Positions 49,857 to 58,630 of a DNA stretch of 64,000 nt are shown in pieces. The stretch is from Elusimicrobiota bacterium (GTDB lineage Bacteria > Elusimicrobiota > Elusimicrobia > UBA1565 > UBA9628): the NCBI GenBank assembly GCA_023213235.1, contig CP096137.1, positions 71,587 to 135,586 on the forward strand, in the 5' to 3' direction. The position numbers and the translations under genes were made by a program. The first letter of the stretch is position 1. Each line of letters opens with the position of its first letter. The notes under the pieces were generated by a model. The model worked only from the letters and a program-made list of their open reading frames with translations. It searched no databases and was not told where the DNA came from.

Positions 49857-49934
49857 TGGTGTCAGGCCTCCCACTTTCCCACTTTTCTAGGGGGAGTATT
49901 CTGGAAAAGTGGGAAAGTGGGAGGCCTGACACCA
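49857..49934. repeat. Hairpin element E2 of the GGTGTCAGGCCT family: 31-bp perfect stem with a 16-nt loop.
   Basis: TGGTGTCAGGCCTCCCACTTTCCCACTTTTC (49857-49887) pairs exactly with 49904-49934. The loop is TAGGGGGAGTATTCTG. I checked the pairing base by base. Confidence 0.9.
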
Positions 49935-49949
49935 CAGGGCGTCTTTTGG

Positions 49950-49955
49950 TACCAT
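49950..49955 (+). promoter_or_regulatory. -10-like hexamer of the DoxX gene, with leaderless geometry.
   Basis: TACCAT, 6 nt, ATG at 49962. CTGACA (49926-49931, inside the E2 right terminus) lies 18 nt upstream. Confidence 0.4.
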
Positions 49956-49961
49956 CCGCGA

Positions 49962-50338
49962 ATGGACACCGACGACGCGCTGGCCCTCGTGGGACGCCTG
50001 TTCGTCGCGATCATCTTCCTGGCGTCCGCGTTCGGCAAGATCACGAACTTCGACGGGACGCTCCAGTTCATGGAGTCCCACGGGATGCCGGCGGCCAACC
50101 TGCTCTGCGTCGCGTCGATCGCGATCGAGGCCCTCGGGGCGATCTCCATCATTCTCGGCTACAAGTCGCGCTGGGGGCCGCCGCGCTGGCCGCCTTCCTG
50201 ATCGCGGCGACGTGGGTGTTCCACACCGCGCCCGACCAGCGCATCCAGCTCCTCAAGAACCTCGCGATTCTCGGCGGCCTGCTCAACCTCATCGCGCACG
50301 GCCCCGGCGACATCAGCCTCGAGGGGAGGAAGGCGTGA
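49962..50338 (+). CDS. DoxX family membrane protein, with a frame break at the G5 run 50173-50177.
   Basis: MDTDDALALVGRLFVAIIFLASAFGKI.. (tail of ORF 49632..50201) joins ..GAAALAAFLIAATWVFH..LKNLAILGGLL.. (tail of ORF 49289..50338) after one added G. Confidence 0.75.
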
Positions 50339-52022
50339 GCGAGAAGAAGACCGCCGCGCACCAGGTTCTCGCTCGCAAGTACCGCCCGCAGGGCTTCGAG
50401 GAGCTCGTCGGCCAGCCGGCCGTCTCGCAGACCCTGTCGAACGCGCTGACGACCAAGCGCGTCCACCACGCCTACCTGTTCACCGGCCCGCGCGGCTGCG
50501 GCAAGACGACCTCGGCCCGCATCCTCGCGAAGGCGCTGAACTGCGAGAAGGGGCCGACGCCGACCCCGTGCGACGAATGCACGTCGTGCCGCGAGATCGC
50601 GCTGTCCTCCTCGCTCGACGTGCTCGAGATGGACGCCGCCTCGCATACCGGCGTCGACGACGTCCGCCAGGTGATCATCGAGACCGTCGCGCTCGCGCCC
50701 TCGCGCGACCGCTACAAGGTCTTCATCATCGACGAGGCGCACATGCTCTCGAACTCGGCGTTCAACGCCCTGCTCAAGACCATCGAGGAGCCGCCGCCTC
50801 ACGTCGTGTTCATCCTCGCGACGACCGAGGTGCACAAGGTCCCCGCGACGATCGCCTCGCGCTGCCAGCGCTTCAAGTTCCGTCCGGTGGCGCCGGAGCC
50901 GCTCGCCGAGTATCTGGCGGTGATCGCGAAGAAGGAGAAGGTCGCCGTCGAGCCGGAGGCTCTGTCCCTGCTCGCGCGCGCGGCCGAGGGCTCCCTGCGC
51001 GACGCGATCAGCCTGCTCGACCAGTGCCGGTCCGCCTCCGACGGCAAGGTCACCGTCGAGAGCGTGCGCGAGATGTTCGGCTTCGTCCCTCAGGACCTGC
51101 TCGTCGGCGTCGCGAAGGCCCTGCTCGACCAGGACGCGAAGGCGCTCGCGAAGTGGCTCAAGACGATCTATGAGGAGGGTGTGGAGCCCGCCCAGCTGCT
51201 CAAGGACCTGCGCGCCGCGATCGAGAGCGTCTACCTCGAAAAGCTCGGCGCCGGAAGCGGCGCGGAGCCGGCCTGGCAGAAGGCGCTGTCCGGCGCCTCC
51301 GCCGAGAGCCTCGGCTTCCTGCTCAAGCGCCTCAACCGGGCGCTCGAGGAGCTCCGCTACGGAGACTCCCCGAGGCTCGCGCTCGAGCTCGGCCTGTTCT
51401 CCGCGCTCGAGGCGGCGCACGACCTCGGCGCCTGGGTGGCGCGCCTCGAGGCCCTCGAGAAGCGCCTGGTCGCCGGCGGCGGGGAAATCCCCTCGCGCCC
51501 GCGCCGTCGGTCTCGCCGTCGCCGCGCCCCGCGGCCGCGCCTTCGGCGCCGGTCCCGGCTCCGTCCGCGGCGGAGCGTCCGCTCGACGTGGTCGCCTCGG
51601 GGCCCGTGTCTTACTCCGCTCTCATCGAGGCGGTGTCGCGACAGAAGATCACGCTCGGCTCCGCGCTCGAGAAGGCGAAGGGAGAGGCGCGCGGCTCCGG
51701 CTACGTGATCCGCTTCGCGAAGGCCTTCGACCTCGACATGGCCAAGCGCTCCGCCGCCCTCCTCGAGGGCGCGCTCCAGGCCCTCGCCGGACGTCCCGTC
51801 GCGCTCGAGCTCGAGCTCGGCGCCGCGGAGGCGCCGCCGACCGACATCGTCGACGCCGGCGCGCCCGAGCCCGTGACGGGCGCCGAGGCCCCGCCCGGCA
51901 CGCGCTGGAAGGACATCGCCGAGCCCGCGCCCGGCGGCGCGCCCGCCGCCGGCGCGCTCAAGAGCGCCGAGGGCGTCTTCGGCGGCAAGGCGCGGATCGT
52001 CAAGAAGAAGAGCGGCGAATGA
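50335..52022 (+). CDS. dnaX: DNA polymerase III subunit gamma/tau, with a frame break at the G4 run 51481-51484.
   Basis: GTG at 50335 within ORF 50212..51708. YRPQGFEELVGQ..HAYLFTGPRGCGKTT..IIDEAHML..ATTEVHKVPATIASRCQRF. The C-terminal part continues in ORF 51588..52022. Confidence 0.9.
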
Positions 52023-52605
52023 AGGGCTTCGAGCGTCTGATCGGGGCGCTCAAGCGCCTTCCCGGCGTCGGCCCGAAGCAGGCCGAGCGCTTCGCGATCC
52101 ACCTGCTGCGCGCGCCGCGCACCGAGGTCGAGACCTTGGTCGAGGCCCTTCGCGAGGCGAAGGCCGCGATGCGTCTGTGCGCCCGCTGCTTCGATTTCGC
52201 GGACCGCGAGGTCTGCCGGCTGTGCTCGGACGCGGGCCGCGACGCCTCCATCCTCTGCGTCGTCGAGGAGACGCAGGATCTCGCGGCCATCGAGCGCTCG
52301 CGGTCCTTCACCGGCCACTACCACGTCCTGCACGGCTCGCTCTCGCCCCTCGACGGGATCGGCCCGGACCGCATCAAGGCCAAGGAACTCGTCGACCGCG
52401 TCGCCGCCGGCGGGATCAAGGAGATCGTGCTCGCGACCGATCCCGACACCGAGGGCGAGGCCACCGCGCTCTACCTCGCCCAGATTTTGAAGCCCTATCC
52501 GGTCAAGGTCACGCGCATCGCTCACGGCGTGCCGCTGGGGGCGATCTCGACTACCTCGACGAGCGCACCTTGTCGTACGCGCTGTCGGGACGGCGCGAGG
52601 TCTAG
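52019..52605 (+). CDS. recR: Recombination protein RecR, with a frame break at the G5 run 52537-52541.
   Basis: MKGFERLIGALKRLPGVGPKQAERFA..CARCFDFADREVCRLC..Toprim ILCVVEE..ATDPDTEGEATA... Adding one G gives ..[26 protein letters not shown]. Confidence 0.9.
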
Positions 52606-52615
52606 GAGAAAAGTC

Positions 52616-54008
52616 ATGCGCTACGAAAACGTGCTCGAGGCCATCGGCAACACGCCGCTCATCAGGATCAACGCGCTCGCGAAGGGGCTCAAGCCCAAGA
52701 TCTACGCGAAGGCCGAGTTCATGAACCCCGGCGGCTCGGTGAAGGACCGCATCGGCGTCGCGATGATCGACGCGGCCGAGAAGTCCGGCCAGCTCAAGCC
52801 CGGCGGCACGATCGTCGAGGGGACCTCGGGCAACACCGGCATCGGCCTGGCGCTCGTCGCCGCGCTGCGCGGCTACAAGCTCATCTTCACGATCACCGAC
52901 AAGCAGTCGCGCGAGAAGATCAACCTGCTCAAGGCGCTCGGCGCCGAGGTCATCGTCTGCCCGACCAACGTCGAGCCCGAGGACCCGCGCTCCTACTACT
53001 CCGTCGCCGACAAGATGACCGAGGAGATCCCCGGCGCCTTCCATCCGAACCAGTACGAGAACCCGGAGAACCCCAAGGTCCACTACCGCACGACGGGCCC
53101 CGAGATCTGGAAGGACACCGAGGGCAAGATCACGCACTTCGTCGCCGGCATGGGCACGGGCGGCACGATCTCGGGCGTCGCGAAATACCTGAAGGAGAAG
53201 AACCCGAAGATCAAGATCATCGGCGCCGACCCCGTCGGCTCCCTCTACTACGACAAGATCGTCCACAACCGCATCGGCGTGGCCAAGCCCTACGTCGTCG
53301 AGGGCGTCGGCGAGGACTTTTCCCGGGCACGATGGACCTCAAGTGCGTCGACGACGTGATCGTCACGCCCGACAAGGACTGCTTCCAGATGACGCGCAAG
53401 CTCGCGACGATGGAGGGCATCCTCACCGGCGGCTCCGGCGGCTCCGCGGTGTTCGCCGGCCTGCAGTACGCGAAGAAGCTGACCGAGAAGGACTACATGG
53501 TCATCCTCGTGCCGGACACCGGCATGCGCTACCTCTCCAAGATCTACAACGACGAGTGGATGAAGGAAAACCAGTACTTCGAGAGCGAAGTGCACCTCAA
53601 GGTCGCCGACATCCTGTCCGCCAAGCGCAAGCACAAGGCCCGCGGCAACGGGAAGCTCGCGACGGCCAAGCCGACCGACACGCTCTTCGGCGCGATGGGC
53701 GTCATGCGCAAGAACGACATCTCGCAGCTGCCCGTCTTCGAGAAGAACAGGGTCGTCGGCACCGTCATGGAGGACGCCGTCCTCGGCATGATGCTCAAGG
53801 GCCGCGACATCAAGAAGATGATCGTGCGCGAGGCGATGACCCAGCCTCTGCCGGTGATGACCCCCGAGGCGCGCGTCGAGTCCGTGCTGCGCTATTTCAC
53901 CCCGACCGCCCCGCCGTCCTCGTCAAGACGGGCAAGTCCTCGTTCGACATCGTGACGAAGTACGACGTCGTCAACGCCGTGTCCCGCGCCTCGGAGGCCC
54001 GTAACTAA
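52616..54008 (+). CDS. Cystathionine beta-synthase-like enzyme (PLP cysteine-synthase fold plus tandem CBS domains), with two frame breaks: 53318-53327 and 53900-53913.
   Basis: An AGGAGA Shine-Dalgarno lies at 52604-52609. MRYENVLEAIGNTPLIRI..MNPGGSVKDRIG..GTSGNTGIGLA.. (in ORF 51170..53359) joins ORF 53332..53955 and the tail of 53343..54008 (..VLVKTGKSSFDIVTKYDVVNAV..). Confidence 0.85.
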
Positions 54009-55466
54009 ATGAAGACCCCTCTTCTTCTGCTCCTGCTCGCCGTTCCCGTTCTCGCGCAGGAGGAAGCGCCCGCTTCCGCCGACAGCGCTCCCGCCGCCGC
54101 TCCGGCCGCGCCTCCCGCCGACGTGATCGAGGCGCCGAAGGCCGAGCCCAAGAAAGAGGAACCGAAGGAAGAAGCCCCGAAGGCGTTGCCGAAGCCGTCT
54201 CTCGCGCCCGAAGAGCCGAAGCCGGAGCCGAAGCCGGAGCCTAAGCCGGAGGCGAAGCCCGAGCCGAAAGCCGCCGCCAAGGCCGGCCCCTCCGACGAGT
54301 TCGCCTTCGCCAAGTCCGCCGCCGAGGACGCCGACGGCAAGGTCTCCGAGGCGTCGATGGAGGAACTCGCCGTCTTCGTGCGCCGCCACCCGAACTCCGC
54401 CCAGGCCCCCGAGGCGATGCTGCTGCTCGCCGGCCTCAAGCAGAAGAACGGCGACTGGCAGCCCGCGACGGCGTCCTTGCTGCGCCTGCTCTACGAGTAC
54501 CCGGAGACGAAGATCGGCCTGCGCGCCAAGTCCGACTACCTGACCCTCGTCGACAAGAAGGCCTCGCGCAAGCACCGCCAGACGCTCAACGACCTCGTCA
54601 GGCTCCCGGAGACCGCGGACAAGGCCGACCGCCTCTCCGCGCTGTGGCGCAGGGTGGCCGAGCAGGCGCCCGACGCCCTCTACGAGCCCGTCGCCGCGGA
54701 GATCCGGGACTTCTCCGTGCGCTTCCCCGAGCACAAGGACGGCGACAGGCTCCAGGCCGCGCTGGCCAGGCTTCACGCCGCCAACGACAAGCCCGCCGCG
54801 GCGATGCTGTCGTGGCGCAAGCTGCTCGCGCTCTTTGCCGACAGCCCTCTTCGCCCCGAGGCGCAGATGGCCGTCGGCGACCTGTACGCCGACGCCCTTC
54901 GCGACCCGAAGAAGGCCATCGACGCCTACCAGGAGCTCGTCGAGAAGTACCCGAAGGCGCCCGAGGTCCAGGCCGCGCTCGAGCGATCCGCCCAGCTCTT
55001 CGACGACAAGCTGCGCCAGTACGCGCTCGCCGTCGAGATGCACGAGCGCGTCGTGACCCTGTTCCCGAAAACGCCCGCGTCGCTCAAGGCCCTCAAGTCG
55101 GTCGCCAAGCTCCAGCGCGACCGCCTCGGCTCGCCCGGCGACGCGGTCAAGACGCTCCAGCGCCTGTCCTCCATGCACGGCGGCCAGGACGGCGTCGACG
55201 CGCTGCTGCAGGCGGCGGACTTCGCCAAGAGAGATCTCAAGGATCCGGCGCGCCAGGCCGAACTCCTGCGCAAGGTCAGCGACGACTACGCGGGCGCCAA
55301 GGAGGCGCCTCAGGCGCTGTACGATTCCGCGGAGGTCTACGAGAGCACGCTCAAGGACAACGCGAAGGCGATGGAGCTCTACAAGGAAGTCGTCAGCAAG
55401 TTTCCGTCCCACAAGCTCGCCAAGCGCGCCGGCGACCGCGTCGCCAAGATCGAGCAGGCGAACTGA
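54009..55466 (+). CDS. Secreted protein with an EPKP-rich linker and TPR-like helical repeats (YbgF/BamD-like architecture).
   Basis: ORF 54009..55466. Signal peptide is MKTPLLLLLLAVPVLAQE. Repeat-like helices are present (..AIDAYQELVEKYPKAPEV.., ..AMELYKEVVSKFPSHKLA..). Confidence 0.6.
   Translation: MKTPLLLLLLAVPVLAQEEAPASADSAPAAAPAAPPADVIEAPKAEPKKEEPKEEAPKALPKPSLAPEEPKPEPKPEPKPEAKPEPKAAAKAGPSDEFAFAKSAAEDADGKVSEASMEELAVFVRRHPNSAQAPEAMLLLAGLKQKNGDWQPATASLLRLLYEYPETKIGLRAKSDYLTLVDKKASRKHRQTLNDLVRLPETADKADRLSALWRRVAEQAPDALYEPVAAEIRDFSVRFPEHKDGDRLQAALARLHAANDKPAAAMLSWRKLLALFADSPLRPEAQMAVGDLYADALRDPKKAIDAYQELVEKYPKAPEVQAALERSAQLFDDKLRQYALAVEMHERVVTLFPKTPASLKALKSVAKLQRDRLGSPGDAVKTLQRLSSMHGGQDGVDALLQAADFAKRDLKDPARQAELLRKVSDDYAGAKEAPQALYDSAEVYESTLKDNAKAMELYKEVVSKFPSHKLAKRAGDRVAKIEQAN
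54213..54269 (+). repeat. In-frame 12-nt tandem repeat, (GAGCCGAAGCCG)n, about 4.7 units.
   Basis: gagccgaagccg gagccgaagccg gagcctaagccg gaggcgaagccc gagccgaaa, encoding EPKPEPKPEPKPEAKPEPK. Confidence 0.85.
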
Positions 55467-55520
55467 CGGCCTAAAGCCTGGCACCGGGGCCCTATTGAGG
55501 GGGGCCCCCGATTTCCTAGA

Positions 55521-56579
55521 ATGGCGCCGATGCCCACCGCGAAGTCCGCCCCCAAGCCCGCCGCCTCCGGCGACGCCTACAAGAAACTCGGCGCCGCCAA
55601 GCTGCTCAAGATCCACGAGCTGATGGTCCGCGCCCGCCTCCTCGAGGAGCGGCTCATCAAGATGAGCAAGGGCGGAGACGGCTTCTTCTGGATCGGCGGC
55701 CCCGGCGAGGAGGCGTTCAACGTGCCTCTCGGCCTTCAGGTCAAGAAGGGGCACGGCGTGAACTTCGACTTCCTTCACCTCCACTACCGCTCGGCCGCGA
55801 TCGTGCTGTCGATGGGCGCCAAGCCGATCGACTCCCTGCGCCAGATGCGCTCGGTCGCGACCGACGTCTACTCCAAGGGCCGCAACTTCGTCAACCACTA
55901 CGCGATCCCCGAGCACAACGTCGTGCCCGTCTCCCCGACGATCGAGACGCAGTACGCGACCGCGATCGGCACGGGCATCGCGCAGGCGCGCGCCAAGACC
56001 GACGCGATCACGATCGTCAACGGCGGCGACGCCGGCACCGCCGAAGGCGACTTCCACTCCTGCCTCGTCTGGTCCAATCGCCCCGTGCGCCCCCTGCCGG
56101 TCCTCATGATCGTCGTCAACAACGGCTGGGGCATCTCGACGAAGGGCGAGACCCAGCACGGCGAGAAGAACATTTCCGACTGGGCCAAGCCCTTCCCCGA
56201 CATGCCGGGCCGCACGATCGACGGCAACGACGTCGCCGAGTCGTGGGCGGCGCTCGAGGAGGCCTTCGCGTACGTCCGCAAGAACCGCAAGCCCTACCTG
56301 CTCGAGGCGCGCTGCTCGCGCCTGTACGGCCACTCCTCCTCGTCGGGCGCCAACCGCCTCGCCGAGCCCGACTGCATCGAGATCCTCGAAAAGAAGATGA
56401 TCGAGCGCGGGCTCGCGAAGGCCCCCGATTTCAAGAAGGTCTGGGAGCGCGAGGCCGCCGAGCTCGACGCCGCCCACAAGCAGGTCAAGGCCGAGCCCTT
56501 CCCCGAGACGAAGACGGTCTGGGAGGACGTGTTCGCCGACGGCCTGCCGCCCTCCTACCCGACGAAGGGAGGCTCCTGA
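55521..56579 (+). CDS. Thiamine-diphosphate-dependent 2-oxoacid dehydrogenase E1 component, alpha subunit.
   Basis: ORF 55521..56579. The TPP-binding region is ..IVNGGDAGTAEGDFHSCL..MIVVNNGWGIST... Confidence 0.85.
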   Translation: MAPMPTAKSAPKPAASGDAYKKLGAAKLLKIHELMVRARLLEERLIKMSKGGDGFFWIGGPGEEAFNVPLGLQVKKGHGVNFDFLHLHYRSAAIVLSMGAKPIDSLRQMRSVATDVYSKGRNFVNHYAIPEHNVVPVSPTIETQYATAIGTGIAQARAKTDAITIVNGGDAGTAEGDFHSCLVWSNRPVRPLPVLMIVVNNGWGISTKGETQHGEKNISDWAKPFPDMPGRTIDGNDVAESWAALEEAFAYVRKNRKPYLLEARCSRLYGHSSSSGANRLAEPDCIEILEKKMIERGLAKAPDFKKVWEREAAELDAAHKQVKAEPFPETKTVWEDVFADGLPPSYPTKGGS

Positions 56580-56580
56580 C

Positions 56581-57636
56581 ATGGCCAACATGGCGCAGGC
56601 CATCCGCATGGCCCTCCACTACGGCGAGAAGAACCTGGGCGTCACCGAGATCTTCGGCGAGGACGTCGGCGCGCCGCTCGGCGGCGTGTTCACCGCGACG
56701 CAGGGCTTGGACAACGCCTGGAACTCTCCGCTCGATGAGCGCGGAATTATCGGAGCAGCCCTCGGCTTGGCCTGGGCCGGCGGCCGCCCCGTCGCCGAGA
56801 TCCAGTTCGTCGACTACATCTTCAACGTCGTGGACATGCTCAAGCTGTGCGCCAACGGCCACTGGGGCTCCGGCGGGCGTTACAAGACGCCGATGGTCGT
56901 GATGACCCCCACCGGCTCCGGCATTCACGGCAGCATGTACCACTCCCACTCCTTCGACTCGATCGCGACCAAGCTGCACGGCATGAAGGTCGTCTGCCCC
57001 TCGACGCCGCTCGACGCGTACGGCCTCATGATCGCCGCGATCAAGAGCGACGACCCGGTGCTCTATCTCAAGCCCAAGGCGCTGCTGCGCTCGAAAGGCG
57101 AGGAGCTCATCCCGGGCGAGCCCGACGAGAAGACGCTCCACGACATGATCGACGCCCCGCTCGGCGACCGCACCAAGTGGAAGGCCAAGTGGCCCAAGCT
57201 TCAGGAGTACGTCGTCGAGATCGGCAAGGCGAAGATCAGCCACCCCGGCTCCGACGCGACGGTCGTGACCCACGGCCGCATGGCTCCCATCTGCCTCGAC
57301 GTCGCGCGCCGCTTCGCCAAAGAGGGCAAGGGTGCCGTCGAGGTGATCGACCTGCGCTCCCTCGTGCCCTACGACTGGGACGCGATCAAGGCCTCGGTCA
57401 AGAAGACCGGACGCGTCCTCTTCGTCAACGAGGAGACCGAGATCACCAATTTCGCCGAGCACCTGATCCGTCGCCTCGTGGACGAGTGCTTCTACGAACT
57501 GAGAGTCCGCCCGCGCCTTCTCGCGGGCAAGGCGACGCCCGGCATCGCGCTGTCGCCGAACCTCGAGTACTTCATCCAGCCGCAGACGAAGGACGTCGAG
57601 CGCGCGCTGGGCGAGCTGCTCTCCGACCCGGCCTAG
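56581..57636 (+). CDS. 2-oxoacid dehydrogenase E1 component, beta subunit.
   Basis: ORF 56581..57636: ..FGEDVG.PLGGVF..EIQFVDYI..HSHSFDS..VIDLRSLVPYDWD... Confidence 0.9.
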   Translation: MANMAQAIRMALHYGEKNLGVTEIFGEDVGAPLGGVFTATQGLDNAWNSPLDERGIIGAALGLAWAGGRPVAEIQFVDYIFNVVDMLKLCANGHWGSGGRYKTPMVVMTPTGSGIHGSMYHSHSFDSIATKLHGMKVVCPSTPLDAYGLMIAAIKSDDPVLYLKPKALLRSKGEELIPGEPDEKTLHDMIDAPLGDRTKWKAKWPKLQEYVVEIGKAKISHPGSDATVVTHGRMAPICLDVARRFAKEGKGAVEVIDLRSLVPYDWDAIKASVKKTGRVLFVNEETEITNFAEHLIRRLVDECFYELRVRPRLLAGKATPGIALSPNLEYFIQPQTKDVERALGELLSDPA

Positions 57637-58424
57637 CGCCGCTCCCCGCGCCGCTCGTCGCCCGGCCAGGGGCGCGTCACTCCGACCCACGCGCGCGCGA
57701 TCTCGGCGCTTTCGAGCGGCCGCATCTCGGCTCCGACCTCGAAGCGCCCTCCGCGCAGCAGCTCATACGCGGGCGTGGCCGAGTACACGACGGCGACCTT
57801 GCTCTTCTCGTAGTCGCCGTGAGGACGCACGCGCACGCGCAGGCGCCGCGCCGTCGAGGAGACGGTCGGCTGGGCGGCCGTTCCTCCGCGGCTCGAGCCG
57901 CGGAAGCGGTCGCGGAAGAAGTCGTCGACGTCGGCGCCGAGCAGGTCGAACTGGCCGCTGTCCACCTTTTCGGCGAGCTCCATCGTGCCGACGAGATAGG
58001 AAACGAGGCGACCGGTGAGCGGCAGCCTCTCCACGGTCCGGGTTCCGTTGAGCGGAGTGATGACCGCGTCGAGCATGGCGGCGGCGACGCGGCCGTTCAT
58101 CTTGCCGAGATAGGCGGCCTCGTTGTCCTTGTACTTGAGCCTCAGGCCCGGGTCCTCGTTCCAGCGCCGGTACAGCTCGGCGTGGCGTTCGAGCGCCTTG
58201 CGCGAGAGCGTCATCGTCAGGTTCTTCTCATCATCTTCGAAGTCCCAGCGCAACGCGTCTTCTTCGGAGACGGCGGGGCGAAGCTTCTTGTCCTCTTCAA
58301 AGCGCTTGGCCCAGTACGCCCGGCGTTCCGGATCCGAGAAGTCGCGCGAGAGGGCCTCCCGCCAGCCGTCGGCGGAAGCGGTCAGCGGCAGGAGGAGCAG
58401 GGCGGCGGTAAGAGAGTTCTTCAT
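57633..58424 (-). CDS. Hypothetical secreted protein.
   Basis: ORF 57633..58466. I prefer ATG at 58424 (MKNSLTAALLLLPLTASA) because TATCCT (58436-58431) lies 6 nt upstream. Its stop overlaps the E1-beta stop (CTAG). Confidence 0.55.
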   Translation of the reverse strand: MKNSLTAALLLLPLTASADGWREALSRDFSDPERRAYWAKRFEEDKKLRPAVSEEDALRWDFEDDEKNLTMTLSRKALERHAELYRRWNEDPGLRLKYKDNEAAYLGKMNGRVAAAMLDAVITPLNGTRTVERLPLTGRLVSYLVGTMELAEKVDSGQFDLLGADVDDFFRDRFRGSSRGGTAAQPTVSSTARRLRVRVRPHGDYEKSKVAVVYSATPAYELLRGGRFEVGAEMRPLESAEIARAWVGVTRPWPGDERRGERR

Positions 58425-58597
58425 GGAGACAGGATAGCGCGCCGGCGCGCGCGCCGCCTGGGGCAAGGGCTCCAGACCGCCGCCCGGCGTAAGCCCGCGG
58501 TTTAGCGGCCGGTCCGGTTGCTAGCGTGCCCAATGTCACGTCGCGCGCCCTGCCGCAGAAGGTCCAAGAAAAGGAGAAGTCCAAGCCCTAGGACAGT

Positions 58598-58630
58598 CCA
58601 TGGGCGGACATGGCATAATGTCCGCCATGG
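58598..58630. promoter_or_regulatory. Inverted repeat overlapping the promoter and start of the cystathionine lyase/synthase gene.
   Basis: CCATGGGCGGACAT-GGCATA-ATGTCCGCCATGG (14/13 nt arms, differing by one G in a run). The extended -10 TGGCATAAT (58611-58619) lies within it and is followed 7 nt later by ATG at 58627. Confidence 0.5.

Noticed and set aside
51481-51484. The dnaX frame break as a programmed ribosomal frameshift (gamma/tau, as in E. coli).
   Set aside because: - The break is at a G run, not an A-AAA-AAG-type slippery site.
- The downstream frame encodes a long C-terminal region rather than an immediate stop.
- The same type of break occurs in more than 20 unrelated genes.
54213-54269. 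The 12-nt tandem repeat as a VNTR or regulatory repeat.
   Set aside because: It is in frame and simply encodes an EPKP low-complexity linker of a secreted protein. I list it as a feature but do not consider it an independent element.
55486-55514. The GC hairpin GGGGCCC-N9-GGGCCCC followed by CGATTTCC as the terminator of the TPR-like gene.
   Set aside because: It has only a 7-bp stem and a 3-T tail, and it ends 6 nt before the E1-alpha ATG. That is too weak to call, and E1-alpha may be co-transcribed.
58425-58597. A possible SAM/Met riboswitch or tRNA in the 190-nt gap upstream of the cystathionine lyase/synthase gene.
   Set aside because: I could not recognise any S-box, SAM-II or T-box conserved cores, nor a tRNA cloverleaf (no GTTCRANYC-like T-arm). 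The leaderless promoter geometry suggests the region is not transcribed with the gene.
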